Shown: piece after piece, positions 19,706 through 30,238 of the stretch | Numbering within the stretch: the first letter of the stretch is position 1 | How the letters are laid out: each line of letters begins with the position of its first letter | DNA from: Nostoc sp. DedSLP01 | Lineage (GTDB): Bacteria > Cyanobacteriota > Cyanobacteriia > Cyanobacteriales > Nostocaceae | DNA: 64,000 nucleotides | Direction of reading: 5' to 3' | NCBI GenBank assembly: GCA_034530875.2 | Contig: JAVRCJ020000035.1 | Span: 1-64,000 of the forward strand | Position numbers and translations under genes: made by a program | The notes under the pieces: generated by a model | Seen by the model: the letters and a program-made list of their open reading frames with translations, nothing else | Told to the model about the DNA's origin: nothing | The model's database searches: none

Positions 19706-20881
19706 TTAAGCAATACTTCCTCGCTTTCTGGCTTCTTTGTAGGAAGTTCCGACATTTTTCAAACCAGCTTTAATCATTTGTTGTTCCAGGAGAGCAAAGA
19801 AACGTGTTTTATCTCCACCTTTTACTACTGCTTGATTATGGGCTTCAGCGATCGCTACTGGGTAACCGTATCCTTTTTGTACTTGTGCTAACATCAGTCC
19901 CAGGGCTTGGTCTAGCATCGCTGTATTTTCTGCTACCCATGCCGGAATTTCTATCCGGGCAATTTCTGTACCTACGTGGACATAACAAAAGTAAATAGTT
20001 TGGTCGCCGTAGAGTTCGAGAATCGGATTATTACTGCGCCATAAGGTACTGCGTTGTCCTGGTTCGAGTTGAGTTATCCAAAGAGAAGTATCTCGCAGCT
20101 GTTCAAAAACTTTACAAGGTACTTTTTCTAGCTGATTTGGGCAATGGCTTTTACAGTCTGGTGCTGGATGGGGACAAGCCAGCAACCGTAAAAAATTCAT
20201 GCCTTCGATGTTACGGGAGGCGCTAACGTAGCCCATCAAAGGAATTTCAGCGTCACGCATTTGCTGCCAAGCTTCGAGGATGGGGGGTAAAATGCGATCG
20301 CGTGCATCTATCGGTAATTGTTCCAAAAACCAGTAAATTAAGGAACCATCCACCATCGCCAAGGCTGGTGCTTCTCCTTTCGCTGCACAAGCTAGTTCCG
20401 CTAAAACCGTTGTTTCTGAAGCAGTGCGGCGAAAACTCATCCATTCTTCGGTTCTAATTCCCCATTGCCGAGACATGTATAAATCTTCTGGACGATAAAA
20501 TACCTCTGGCAAACTATCGAGTAGAGGATGGCGATTTTGTCCGTAGTGTAAGACGACTCTGCCAATATTTAACAGATAACAGTAAGCAATTTCGTGGTGA
20601 TTGGGGGCAATTTGGGAACCATCTGTAGCGACGATAGTATGAATTTTCGGCGGAGTTGGAATCTGAATACAAGTTTGTAATGGCTCAACTGGGGTAGCAT
20701 TAGCAAAGAGAATGCGATCGCGCCATTTTTCTTGGCGATCGATTAAATCTTGTTGACACTCGTAAGCATTTTTTAAATATTGTTGCGCCGATTCTAAACG
20801 CTGGCGACTAGTAGCAGCTTCTAAAGAAAGATGCTGACTCAAACCCTGCATTTGTCGCGCTAATTTTGTTAGGTCAAGCAT
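19706..20881 (-). CDS. NurA-domain nuclease
   Basis: ATDGSQI, VDGSL and GYP..IAEAH motifs. Confidence 0.85.
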   Translation of the reverse strand: MLDLTKLARQMQGLSQHLSLEAATSRQRLESAQQYLKNAYECQQDLIDRQEKWRDRILFANATPVEPLQTCIQIPTPPKIHTIVATDGSQIAPNHHEIAYCYLLNIGRVVLHYGQNRHPLLDSLPEVFYRPEDLYMSRQWGIRTEEWMSFRRTASETTVLAELACAAKGEAPALAMVDGSLIYWFLEQLPIDARDRILPPILEAWQQMRDAEIPLMGYVSASRNIEGMNFLRLLACPHPAPDCKSHCPNQLEKVPCKVFEQLRDTSLWITQLEPGQRSTLWRSNNPILELYGDQTIYFCYVHVGTEIARIEIPAWVAENTAMLDQALGLMLAQVQKGYGYPVAIAEAHNQAVVKGGDKTRFFALLEQQMIKAGLKNVGTSYKEARKRGSIA

Positions 20882-21012
20882 AAAAGTAAGTGCTGAGTTA
20901 GGAGTTAAGAGTTAGGAATTTTCTTAATTGCTTATAGGCTACGAACCAGGAACTTAAGTTCCTGGCAGGATATCCATAAGAGATTCAATTCTGAATTCTG
21001 AATTCTCTCTTA

Positions 21013-21798
21013 TTACACCCAATTCGAGAAATCTTTGGCAAACTGAGACAGCGATAACAGATGAATTCGCGCATCGTGTTGGGCAAATTCCCTTTCTGTT
21101 TGGGTATTGTAGCCCCAGTCTGCAAGCAAGAGTTTCACATCTTCAAGGTCTGTTTGCTGTTGAACTAACTGCAAAGTTTTAAGCCTATCTTCTACAAACC
21201 AGAGATTAACTGTTTTGTTTACTTCCGCCTGCTTTAATTCTCGCAAAATTTCGTATTTTGGACGCTTGACTTCTTTACCAAAAATTGCTGTTGTTGGTAA
21301 AATTACTCCTTCTTGTTGTAATAACTCCTGTACAAAACGCCCTTCTTTAGTTGTGACAATATATAATTTAACTCCACTGGCAAGAGTTAATTTAATTTTT
21401 TCAATTACACCAGGATAAAATTTATGCAAACTTAGCCAACCTTCTAAATCTGTAGCAATCCATTCATCGCGCACGTTGTCTAGTTTTGCGCCAATTTCTC
21501 TTGCCACTAGTTTATTGTCTAACAATATTTGGGGAGTAATAGTTACCCATTCATGGAGAATTTTATCGTCAGAAATACCATCCATTAAAGCTTTGATTAA
21601 AACAGGCATTTCCCAACCTGTTTCAATTACAGGACGCAGGCGATAAAACCTCAAAGCTAAATCATCTGGTGGTGTGTCGTTAGCAGACGGCCAAATTTGA
21701 GAGTAGGTACGCCATGCTACCTCAAAATATTCAATTAGTCCGTCGCAAATCACTCCATCAAAATCTAGGGCCAAAATCGTGGGACTAGTTGCTATCAT
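21013..21798 (-). CDS. HAD-family hydrolase
   Basis: LDFDGVICD motif I, VTTK, FVEDR, DWGYN. Confidence 0.85.
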   Translation of the reverse strand: MIATSPTILALDFDGVICDGLIEYFEVAWRTYSQIWPSANDTPPDDLALRFYRLRPVIETGWEMPVLIKALMDGISDDKILHEWVTITPQILLDNKLVAREIGAKLDNVRDEWIATDLEGWLSLHKFYPGVIEKIKLTLASGVKLYIVTTKEGRFVQELLQQEGVILPTTAIFGKEVKRPKYEILRELKQAEVNKTVNLWFVEDRLKTLQLVQQQTDLEDVKLLLADWGYNTQTEREFAQHDARIHLLSLSQFAKDFSNWV

Positions 21799-22268
21799 TG
21801 TTTTGAGGATAAAAGAGCAGTTTCAGCTTAACTGAACTCATAAGAATTTTTTGTATCAAGACTCAAACACGAAAAACAATTTCGATGGTTGCAGCCGATC
21901 GCTTTACCATTCCTTGGGGAGTGACTCTTGGCGATCGCAATTTCCTCGAAGTTTTACTTTTCAATAGTACCCCTGCGGGTACTATCAATTTCAGCATCGA
22001 AATGTCATTATTTTAGTGTCAATCCCTCGGTATAACTCTACTAGCTGCTCAAAAAGTAGGGTAACTCTGTCTAGGGTACTTAGCGATCGCTAAGTATCCT
22101 AGTTTAAATAATACCAGAGCCAAAACTCTTTGCAACATAACCTATCAGCCGTAGCGACGTACAGCGCTCACAAAGTAAAAGTCAAAAGTAACAAGATAAT
22201 CTAAGGCTTTTTCCTTCTTACTTTTGCGTTTTGACTTTTGCCTTGTTTCGTCAGTCTTGAAGAGAAGA

Positions 22269-22373
22269 TAAGTAGATAGACAGAATTAAATGTAAAATGC
22301 TTATCTCCATAAACTAGATATGATAAGTCTTTTTCCTTCTGCCGTCTGCCTTTTATCTTCTGCCTTCTACTTA
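22269..22373. repeat. MITE-like element with TAAGTA...TACTTA ends
   Basis: Related ends at about 40383-40516, 53460-53485 and 62487-62585. Confidence 0.5.
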
Positions 22374-22396
22374 GAAATTAACTAAAGGAAAAAACG

Positions 22397-24076
22397 ATGC
22401 AAAATCTCCCTTTTGAATTTAGTCACGGCGGATATATCAAGGAAGAGAAGGTGCAAAGGAGAATTGCCTTTCGTCCGCAGACGACTGAGGAAATTGATGT
22501 CGAGACAGATTTTGATTACCTGTTCCCCGATCTTGCCAGAGATCCAAACAGCCTGCTGCCGGCAGATATCAATAAAGATATTATCGAGAAGCTTAAAAAT
22601 CTTGGAGAAAAAATAATTGATAGACAAGGCCCCGAGCCGGAGGAAACTAACTCAAACATACCTCCGGTTTACACTTATTGGGGACAGTTTATCGACCATG
22701 ATATTACTGCTAATACTGACCGGACTGTTATAGACCTGCAAACTGACATTACCAAAGACGATTTCACACCTTTATCGCCCGACTTCATAATCGATAACCT
22801 CAAGAATCTGCGTCGTCCCACCTTCGATCTTGATAGTGTTTATGGTGACGGGCCGACTCTAGACCCAAAAAAGCCCACGGACGCAAAAGAGTTTTATCAG
22901 CCAAACGACCCAGTAAAACTGAAAATTGGGCAAAACGCTCAACAAGATGCTAGCGGCGGGTCAATTCCTGGAGCCAAAATTCCGCCAGAAAACGATTTCT
23001 CGCGCGACCTACCACGCAATAACAGAATAGCTGCGATCGGCGACAGTCGTAACGACGAAAATCTCATCGTTGCACAGTTCCATACTGCCTTCTTGCGTTT
23101 CCACAACGCAGTAGTAGACTGGGTGCGCAAGAATGAACCCTGGAATGCCAGAAACAATAAAAAACTATTTGTGCGCGCCCGAAATCTAGTGCGTTGGCAC
23201 TATCAATGGCTTGTCATCAATGATTTCCTCAAAACAGTAACTACAACCGGAACAGTAGACAGCATCCTCCGCTACGGCCCGAGATTCTACTATTCCCGAA
23301 ATGGCAAGCTTTACATGCCTCTAGAATTCTCCGTCGCCGCTTACCGTTTCGGACATAGTATGGTGCGGGCTGCTTATGACTACAACCGCAATTTTACAGA
23401 CCAACCAGGAGCGCTGACAGACGCAACGTTTAATTTACTATTTGCCTTTACAGGTAGAGGTGATATTGGCGGCCCGCCAGGCCCCGGCCCGTCCGACACT
23501 CTCCCTTTTAACTGGATTATTGAATGGGATCGCTTTGTTGACAAACAAAAGGCTGCCAAAAGGCAGAGAAATTCGACGCGAAAAATCGACACCCATCTCG
23601 CATTCCCTTTAGCAGATCTCATTAATGAAGGCAAAGATGCCCAACCTCCCATTCAACAACTTCTTAAGCACCTTGCTAAACGGAACCTACTGCGTGGATA
23701 TTTCCTCAGTATTCCCACCGGACAGAGTTTAGCTAAGAAGCTAGGCGTCAAACCGCTGACTGTGGAGGAACTTCAAAAAAACAATTCGCCAGAATTGAAT
23801 CAAGCCCTCGAACCTTTTTTAGAAAAGACTCCAGCGTGGTATTACATCCTCAAAGAATCGGAAGTTCGTGCTAATGGGGACTCTTTAGGCGAAGTTGGTA
23901 GTCGTATTGTCGCTGAAACCATCATCAGTCTGATTAAGAATGACCCGTTGTCATATCTAAACAAGCGCCATTTCTTTGAAATTTGGAATCCTTCCATAGG
24001 TGTGAAGTTGCCCAATGGTGACCAAATTCGCGGGATTAGCGATTTTCTGAAGTTTGCTGGAGTACTGCCGACATAG
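22397..24076 (+). CDS. Heme peroxidase, peroxidase-cyclooxygenase (animal-type) superfamily
   Basis: WGQFIDHD (distal His), DLDSVYG, GDSRNDEN (distal Arg), AAYRFGHS (proximal His), WYYILKE. Confidence 0.88.
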   Translation: MQNLPFEFSHGGYIKEEKVQRRIAFRPQTTEEIDVETDFDYLFPDLARDPNSLLPADINKDIIEKLKNLGEKIIDRQGPEPEETNSNIPPVYTYWGQFIDHDITANTDRTVIDLQTDITKDDFTPLSPDFIIDNLKNLRRPTFDLDSVYGDGPTLDPKKPTDAKEFYQPNDPVKLKIGQNAQQDASGGSIPGAKIPPENDFSRDLPRNNRIAAIGDSRNDENLIVAQFHTAFLRFHNAVVDWVRKNEPWNARNNKKLFVRARNLVRWHYQWLVINDFLKTVTTTGTVDSILRYGPRFYYSRNGKLYMPLEFSVAAYRFGHSMVRAAYDYNRNFTDQPGALTDATFNLLFAFTGRGDIGGPPGPGPSDTLPFNWIIEWDRFVDKQKAAKRQRNSTRKIDTHLAFPLADLINEGKDAQPPIQQLLKHLAKRNLLRGYFLSIPTGQSLAKKLGVKPLTVEELQKNNSPELNQALEPFLEKTPAWYYILKESEVRANGDSLGEVGSRIVAETIISLIKNDPLSYLNKRHFFEIWNPSIGVKLPNGDQIRGISDFLKFAGVLPT

Positions 24077-24451
24077 TTTTGTGAGAACAGAAAACAGGGT
24101 TGAAACTCTCTAACTCTTGTGGGGCGGGCGTCTCGCCTGCCCTGTGGACTCCGCGGGCAAGACACGCCATAAGTAGTAGTAATTTATTTGTTGGATTGAT
24201 TGCCTGAAAAAACTCAGTACACCTCTATCGTTTCTTCCCTGTTTCCTATCTTCGCCAGTGAGTTCTGTAAATCAAAACGGACTGTGATACTAAGATACAT
24301 AGTGCTTTTAATTACCAAAACTCAGCATTTTTGTTAAAAAAATTTCTTAAAAAAGTTATACAACTAGTTCTATCTCAGGGTAGGAAATCTCTGAGAAACT
24401 CAAAGCTATTATTTGATAAAAACAACTTGTTAAATAAGGTACAAATTTTTT

Positions 24452-24691
24452 ATGGCATCTGAAATTCCTGAAGATAATCGACAAGAAGAAGGTAAGTTCG
24501 ATCCTCAAGATAACCCTGGAACTCAAACAACTGTGCCAACTACAGAAGAGGGTGATACTCCTATTGATGAAAGATATCGTATGACTGGCCAAGAATCAGG
24601 TACGGAAGTTCGTCAGGGTTCGGAACCTGAAGCGCCTGGGGGTACTGTTACGACACCCGGTCTTCCTAATCAAGGAACTGACTCTCGTTAA
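24452..24691 (+). CDS. Small acidic, disordered (hydrophilin-like) protein
   Basis: 79 aa rich in E/T/P/G; AAGG RBS; upstream promoter box and a downstream hairpin at 24796-24829. Confidence 0.6.
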   Translation: MASEIPEDNRQEEGKFDPQDNPGTQTTVPTTEEGDTPIDERYRMTGQESGTEVRQGSEPEAPGGTVTTPGLPNQGTDSR

Positions 24692-24935
24692 TAAGATTCT
24701 TGAATTTAATTAAAAAATTCAGATTGTATCTAGGTGTGAAGGTTTAAATCTATTAGCGAATTTTCGGCAATTGATATACATTAGGCTCAATTTTTCCAGC
24801 TTAAAATTTTTTACTAAATTTTAAGCTGGTTTGATTTGTCCAAAATGTACTGCCTTAATATTTATTTGAGTTAACTTTGCTAGTCTATAATTTATCAGTT
24901 TCCCCTCTGGCGATCGCAATATTTACGGAATTGAA

Positions 24936-25949
24936 ATGCAAACCTATACTAATCCGGTTTACAAAGGTTATTTTGCCGATCCTTTTGCTTGGCAGTATCA
25001 AGGGGTATATTATGCGATCGGCACTGGTGCAGCAGAAGCAGAAGGAATGGTAGATGAAATCGCAGACGCAGCAAATATTAAATCCAATCGCCAATGTGTC
25101 TTTCCTCTGCTTCGGTCTTTGGACTTTGTAAATTGGGATTTTGTTGGTAACGCCCTATTGCGGCCAGACCCCACCCTTGGCGATAATTTCTGGGCGCCGG
25201 AAGTTGCTTACAGTGAAGGACTGTTTTATCTCTACTACTCTGTAGGCCACGAAGACAAAAATCATCAGTTACGCGTGGCTACTAGCGATAGTCCCTCAGG
25301 CCCCTATCAAGATGTTGGCGAACCGCTTATAGATCCAAATTCGTGTTCTTTTGCCATCGACCCACACCCATTTCAGGATGATGATGGACAGTGGTATTTA
25401 TTTTACGCCCGGGACTTTCTCGATGCATCGGATGGAGTGCGCGCTGGTACTGCATTAGTTGTAGACAAACTCCAAACCATGACTCAGCTTGCTGGTGAGG
25501 AAAAAGTCGTTTTGCGGGCGCGGTCTGATTGGCAAAGATTTTTAGCCGATCGCTTGATGTACGGTAACATCTATGATTGGCATACCTTAGAAGGCCCCTG
25601 CGTTCGCAAGCATGAAGGTAAATACTACTGCTTTTATAGTGGTGGACGCTGGGAAACTGAAAACTATGGTGTAGATTATGGCGTTGCTGACAACGTGATG
25701 GGGCCTTACTCCGACGCAGGTAACGAAAACGGGCCGCGGGTGCTAAAGTCTGTCCCCAATTTTGTCAGAGGGCCAGGACATAATTCTATCGTTCTCGGGC
25801 CCGATGCTCAGAGTGAGTATCTTGTCTACCACGCTTGGACAGAAAATATGGAGATGCGGCAAATCTGCTTAGATAGGCTTATCTGGACACCAAAAGGGCC
25901 TCTTTGTCAAGGCCCTACCTGGACGCCGCAGCTCATCACCAACGGTTGA
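24936..25949 (+). CDS. Glycoside hydrolase family 43
   Basis: FADPF, FWAPEV, IDPHPF, LEGP and GPGHNS motifs. Confidence 0.9.
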   Translation: MQTYTNPVYKGYFADPFAWQYQGVYYAIGTGAAEAEGMVDEIADAANIKSNRQCVFPLLRSLDFVNWDFVGNALLRPDPTLGDNFWAPEVAYSEGLFYLYYSVGHEDKNHQLRVATSDSPSGPYQDVGEPLIDPNSCSFAIDPHPFQDDDGQWYLFYARDFLDASDGVRAGTALVVDKLQTMTQLAGEEKVVLRARSDWQRFLADRLMYGNIYDWHTLEGPCVRKHEGKYYCFYSGGRWETENYGVDYGVADNVMGPYSDAGNENGPRVLKSVPNFVRGPGHNSIVLGPDAQSEYLVYHAWTENMEMRQICLDRLIWTPKGPLCQGPTWTPQLITNG

Positions 25950-25970
25950 ATTTAATAATAATTTTTGGTG

Positions 25971-26453
25971 TTAAAGATTTTGCGATACATTAACACCACT
26001 CGCTTTTGCTGGTATGACAATACTATAGTAACCAGCAGCGATCGCTGCTAATGCATTCAGTAAAACATTAGCACCAAACAATGGCATTAAGCCGAAAAAT
26101 GTCTTACCCAATGGTAACAATCCGATGATTGCGAGTAACGCATAAGCAATTGTAAAACCGCGATTGAATACGCGTGCAGTAGTAGCATTGTTGTAAGAAG
26201 TAATTCCTAACAACCCTACGCCACAGCGTACAAGATTATGTAAGAAATTGGTGGGAATTGCCCCAAAAATATAGCCAAAACCCGCAGAATAAGCACCAAC
26301 AGATTCATTAAGTGGCACAAAAGATTCGCTTGTTCCTGGTAAGGAAATCAAAGCTGGTATAAATCCAGCAAAACCTAAAAGTAAATAGGTGATTCCGATA
26401 GCTAAAGCGATGTAACGCTCTATAGTTTTTCCCTGCTCGTTGAGATTTTCCAT
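25971..26453 (-). CDS. DUF4383-like membrane protein
   Basis: GFAGFIP and FG..PTNFLHN motifs; four TM segments. Confidence 0.7.
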   Translation of the reverse strand: MENLNEQGKTIERYIALAIGITYLLLGFAGFIPALISLPGTSESFVPLNESVGAYSAGFGYIFGAIPTNFLHNLVRCGVGLLGITSYNNATTARVFNRGFTIAYALLAIIGLLPLGKTFFGLMPLFGANVLLNALAAIAAGYYSIVIPAKASGVNVSQNL

Positions 26454-27606
26454 TTTTTATCCTGCTAAATCTGAGATTTTTGGGAAATAGCAGCCACTAA
26501 CCAAGAGATGATAAAAACTATTTTTATTTTTATACAAAATAGTTTTTATAGCTAGCTGGCTATTTAAAATTGATATTTTTAATTCAAGTTTGGTTTTTAT
26601 TTATTTCACTCTATCAAAAGTAATGGATAGCCTTTAAATAAAACTTTAGAGGTTTGATTTAATTCAAATACAATATTTTTTGAAGAAAAAATTTTAAATT
26701 AGTCATTTTTACTTTTTTTAGAATTTATTATTATAAGTAAATGTGAAAAATAATATTTTTATTTTTAGATTTGATTATTTAATCTTGTTGGTTGCTAGAA
26801 AGTAACATTAAGTTTTCTCAGACAATGCCTACACTGACTATGCTATTTATTGTCATATAAATACAATCCGAGAAAGGCGATCGCTTCACAATTGGGATCG
26901 TTACAAGCGATCGCAGGAGGCTTATTAATGCGATAGAAGTATTTTAGGCATTATCAAAATGTTTTTAACCTACCTAAGGCATATTCCTAGCTAAAATTTA
27001 TAATACTTGTTTTTCAGAAACCAAAAAACAGAAATTTTCTATATTTACTATGCTTTTTAAAATAAGTATTACAAAAATATGTATTGGAAATAACAAATTA
27101 TTTATCTTTCTAAATAAATACTTGAATATTTAAAAGCAGCTTAATTAAATATCCTATTAAACTGAAAAATATGGCAAACTACAAATTAATCTCATGAGTA
27201 AAATTAATTGATTAAATTAAATGTAACTATTAATTTTTTGAATTTTTCTATGTACAAAACCGAACAGAATCAAACAAGTATTTTTGTATAAGTTTACAGT
27301 AAAATATAAAAATATCCGTTACAAAAATTAACACTGGTTCTTTAAACATTGAGAAAAATATAGTACTCAAGACTTAACAAGAGAGGGATTTTATATTTAT
27401 TTCGGTAGATGAGAAAGGTAGAATTAAAACAGTATTTTCTTATTAATGCAACACCAGAAAGTATTGATTATAGGATTTCGATAATAAAAGTGCGCCAAAA
27501 CTATGTTGCAAGCTTTCGTCTGAAAGTAAATTTGACGCTGCCTTCAAAACAAAAGTTACTAGCGATTGGCTAGTCAGAATTTAAAAATCTAATCACGAGA
27601 GCATCT

Positions 27607-30045
27607 ATGGCAAGTGAAAAAGCTAAAGTAAAAAACAACGGTACCAGCAATATTATTTCGCCAAAGCAGCGTAAAACAAAGCGATCGCAGCTCGACGAAA
27701 TGCAATCATCAAGTGCATCGTTGCTGAATTTAACTTCGTCTTCTAAAAAAGTTCAATCAACAGAAACCTTTAAAGACACGCCTGATATAGTTTGCTTATC
27801 TCACTTGCGTTGGAATTTCGTTTATCAACGGCCGCAACATCTACTTAGTCGTTGCGCTCAAGGCAAGCGAGTCTTCTTTATTGAGGAGCCAATATTCTCT
27901 GAAGAACCATTAAAAAGGTTGGACATCAACGAAGATCCAAGTGGAGTCGTTGTGGTTGTGCCATACCTACCGCAAGGTCTAAGTGAAGAAGCAATCAGTG
28001 CAGATTTACAAGCACTAATTAATAATTTATTTGCAGAGCGTAACATCAACAAATATATTTGTTGGTATTACACACCAATGGCGATCGGGTTTACCCGCCA
28101 CTTGCAACCCCAAGCCGTGGTCTACGATTGCATGGATGAATTGTCAGCATTCAAAGGCGCATCGCCTACCTTAAAGAATTACGAAGCTGAACTATTCGGT
28201 CGTGCAGACTTAGTATTTACAGGAGGACAAAGCCTTTACGAAAGTAAAGTTAACCAACACCCCAACGTTTATGCCTTCCCCAGCAGCGTCGATGTCCCCC
28301 ACTTTGCTCAAGCCAGAACTCTTCAAGAACCAGCAGACCAAGCTCATATTCCCCATCCTCGCCTGGGCTTCTTTGGTGTCATTGACGAACGCATGGATAT
28401 CGAACTGATTGCTGGTGTTGCCGAAGCACGTCCGGACTGGCATTTAGTAATTATCGGGCCAGTTGTCAAAATCGATCCGGCAAATCTACCACAGCGCGAA
28501 AATATCCATTATCTAGGCGGTAGAGACTATAAAGACTTACCTGCCTATTTATCAGGCTGGGATTTAGCGATGTTGCCGTTTGCGCGTAACGAGTCAACAC
28601 GTTTTATTAGTCCTACCAAAACTCCAGAGTATCTTGCCGCTGGCAGACCCGTAGTATCTACCTCAATTCGGGATGTGGTGCGTCCTTATGGAGAGTCTAA
28701 GCTGGTGCGGATTGCAGACACAGTTTCTGAGTTTGTGAGTGCTGCCGAACAAGCAATGCAAGAAGACACCCCAACCTCAGAATGGTTGAGTCGCGTAGAT
28801 ACCTTTTTAGAAAAAATTTCTTGGGATCGTACTTGGGCATCGATGATGAAGTTGATTGACTCCGCCATTGCAGCCCGCGATAGTGAAGGCAAAGCTAACT
28901 CCAAAGGTGCGACTGGTAAACAAGCACCAAATATTATTACCAGAGATTATGTCTTCGATTACTTAGTCGTCGGTGCTGGTTTCTCTGGTAGTGTCATTGC
29001 CGAACGTTTGGCAACTCAGTCGGGTAAAAAAGTCCTGATTATAGACAAGCGCAATCATATCGGCGGCAATGCCTACGACCATTATGACGAACACGGCATT
29101 CTCGTTCATAGATACGGCCCCCACATCTTCCACACCAACTCCCGCGAAGTCTTTGAATATCTGTCGCGGTTTACTAAGTGGCGTAGTTACGAACATCGCG
29201 TCCTTGCGAGTGTAGACGGACAGCTTGTTCCTATTCCCATCAACCTCGACACCATCAACAAGCTGTATGGCATGAACCTCAATTCATTTGAGGTGGAAGA
29301 CTTTTATAAATCCCTTGCCGAACCAGTAGAAAACATCCGCACTAGTGAGGATGTGGTCATCAGTAAAGTTGGTCGAGTGCTATATGAAAAGTTTTTCCGG
29401 GGTTACACGCGCAAGCAGTGGGGACTCGACCCATCGGAACTTGATAGATCGGTAATTGCCAGAATTCCTACGCGCACCAATCGGGACGATCGCTATTTTA
29501 CGGATACCTACCAAGCAATGCCGCTGCACGGCTTTACCAGGATGTTCGAGAATATGCTTAATCATCCGAATATCAAGGTAATGCTTAACACCGATTATCG
29601 AGAAATTCAAAAAGCAATACCTTGCCGCGAGATGGTTTATACGGGGCCTGTTGACGAATTCTTTGATTATCGTTACGGCAAATTACCATATCGTTCCCTC
29701 GATTTCAAACATGAAACGCACAACACTGCGATGTTTCAACCAGCGCCAGTCATCAATTATCCCAACGAACATCTGTATACTCGCGTAACAGAGTTTAAAT
29801 ACTTAACTGGTCAAGAACACTCTAAAACTAGTATTGTTTACGAGTTTCCCAAAGCTGAGGGCGACCCTTATTATCCCGTGCCGCGTCCTGAAAATAACGA
29901 AATGTACAAGCAGTATAAAGCGCTATCTGATACAACACCAGGAGTATATTTTGTAGGCAGACTAGCAACCTACAAATACTACAACATGGATCAATGTGTT
30001 GCTCAGGCTTTGTCTGTGTACAAACAAATTGGGGTTAAGGCATAA
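27607..30045 (+). CDS. glf: GT4-like glycosyltransferase fused to UDP-galactopyranose mutase
   Basis: N-half: SHLRWNFVYQRPQHL, YDCMDELS, SPTKTPEY. C-half: VVGAGFSG, GGNAYD, YGPHIFHT, GRLATYKYYNMDQ. Confidence 0.9.
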   Translation: MASEKAKVKNNGTSNIISPKQRKTKRSQLDEMQSSSASLLNLTSSSKKVQSTETFKDTPDIVCLSHLRWNFVYQRPQHLLSRCAQGKRVFFIEEPIFSEEPLKRLDINEDPSGVVVVVPYLPQGLSEEAISADLQALINNLFAERNINKYICWYYTPMAIGFTRHLQPQAVVYDCMDELSAFKGASPTLKNYEAELFGRADLVFTGGQSLYESKVNQHPNVYAFPSSVDVPHFAQARTLQEPADQAHIPHPRLGFFGVIDERMDIELIAGVAEARPDWHLVIIGPVVKIDPANLPQRENIHYLGGRDYKDLPAYLSGWDLAMLPFARNESTRFISPTKTPEYLAAGRPVVSTSIRDVVRPYGESKLVRIADTVSEFVSAAEQAMQEDTPTSEWLSRVDTFLEKISWDRTWASMMKLIDSAIAARDSEGKANSKGATGKQAPNIITRDYVFDYLVVGAGFSGSVIAERLATQSGKKVLIIDKRNHIGGNAYDHYDEHGILVHRYGPHIFHTNSREVFEYLSRFTKWRSYEHRVLASVDGQLVPIPINLDTINKLYGMNLNSFEVEDFYKSLAEPVENIRTSEDVVISKVGRVLYEKFFRGYTRKQWGLDPSELDRSVIARIPTRTNRDDRYFTDTYQAMPLHGFTRMFENMLNHPNIKVMLNTDYREIQKAIPCREMVYTGPVDEFFDYRYGKLPYRSLDFKHETHNTAMFQPAPVINYPNEHLYTRVTEFKYLTGQEHSKTSIVYEFPKAEGDPYYPVPRPENNEMYKQYKALSDTTPGVYFVGRLATYKYYNMDQCVAQALSVYKQIGVKA

Positions 30046-30103
30046 AAAAAGAATTCAGAATTCAGAATTCAGAATTCAGGATTCAGGATTAAACTGCTTT
30101 GTT

Positions 30104-30185
30104 AGTAGGGTGCGTTAAGACTAACGTCTATAACGCACCGAAAATCTAGGATGGTGCGTTAGCCTACGGCATAACACACCCTACA
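30104..30185. repeat. REP-like GTAG...CTAC hairpin element
   Basis: GTAGGGTG...CACCCTAC. Similar short hairpins at about 13338, 24118, 37178, 42544, 57546 and 59100, nearly all at gene 3' ends. Confidence 0.7.
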
Positions 30186-30238
30186 AAAGTCGCTGTTTTT
30201 CGATAAATAAAATAAAATATCAGCTTGAGTTGTAAATT

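Noticed and set aside
19706..21798. NurA as part of a HerA-NurA defence or repair system
   Set aside because: No herA nearby; the HAD-NurA pair looks like an ordinary cyanobacterial arrangement.
21850..22020. Coding-looking stretch with HIP1-like sites
   Set aside because: No recognisable family in the frames read and no convincing start.
26460..27600. 1.1-kb very AT-rich spacer as a hidden gene or origin
   Set aside because: No credible ORF or iterated DnaA boxes seen; best explained as divergent promoters.
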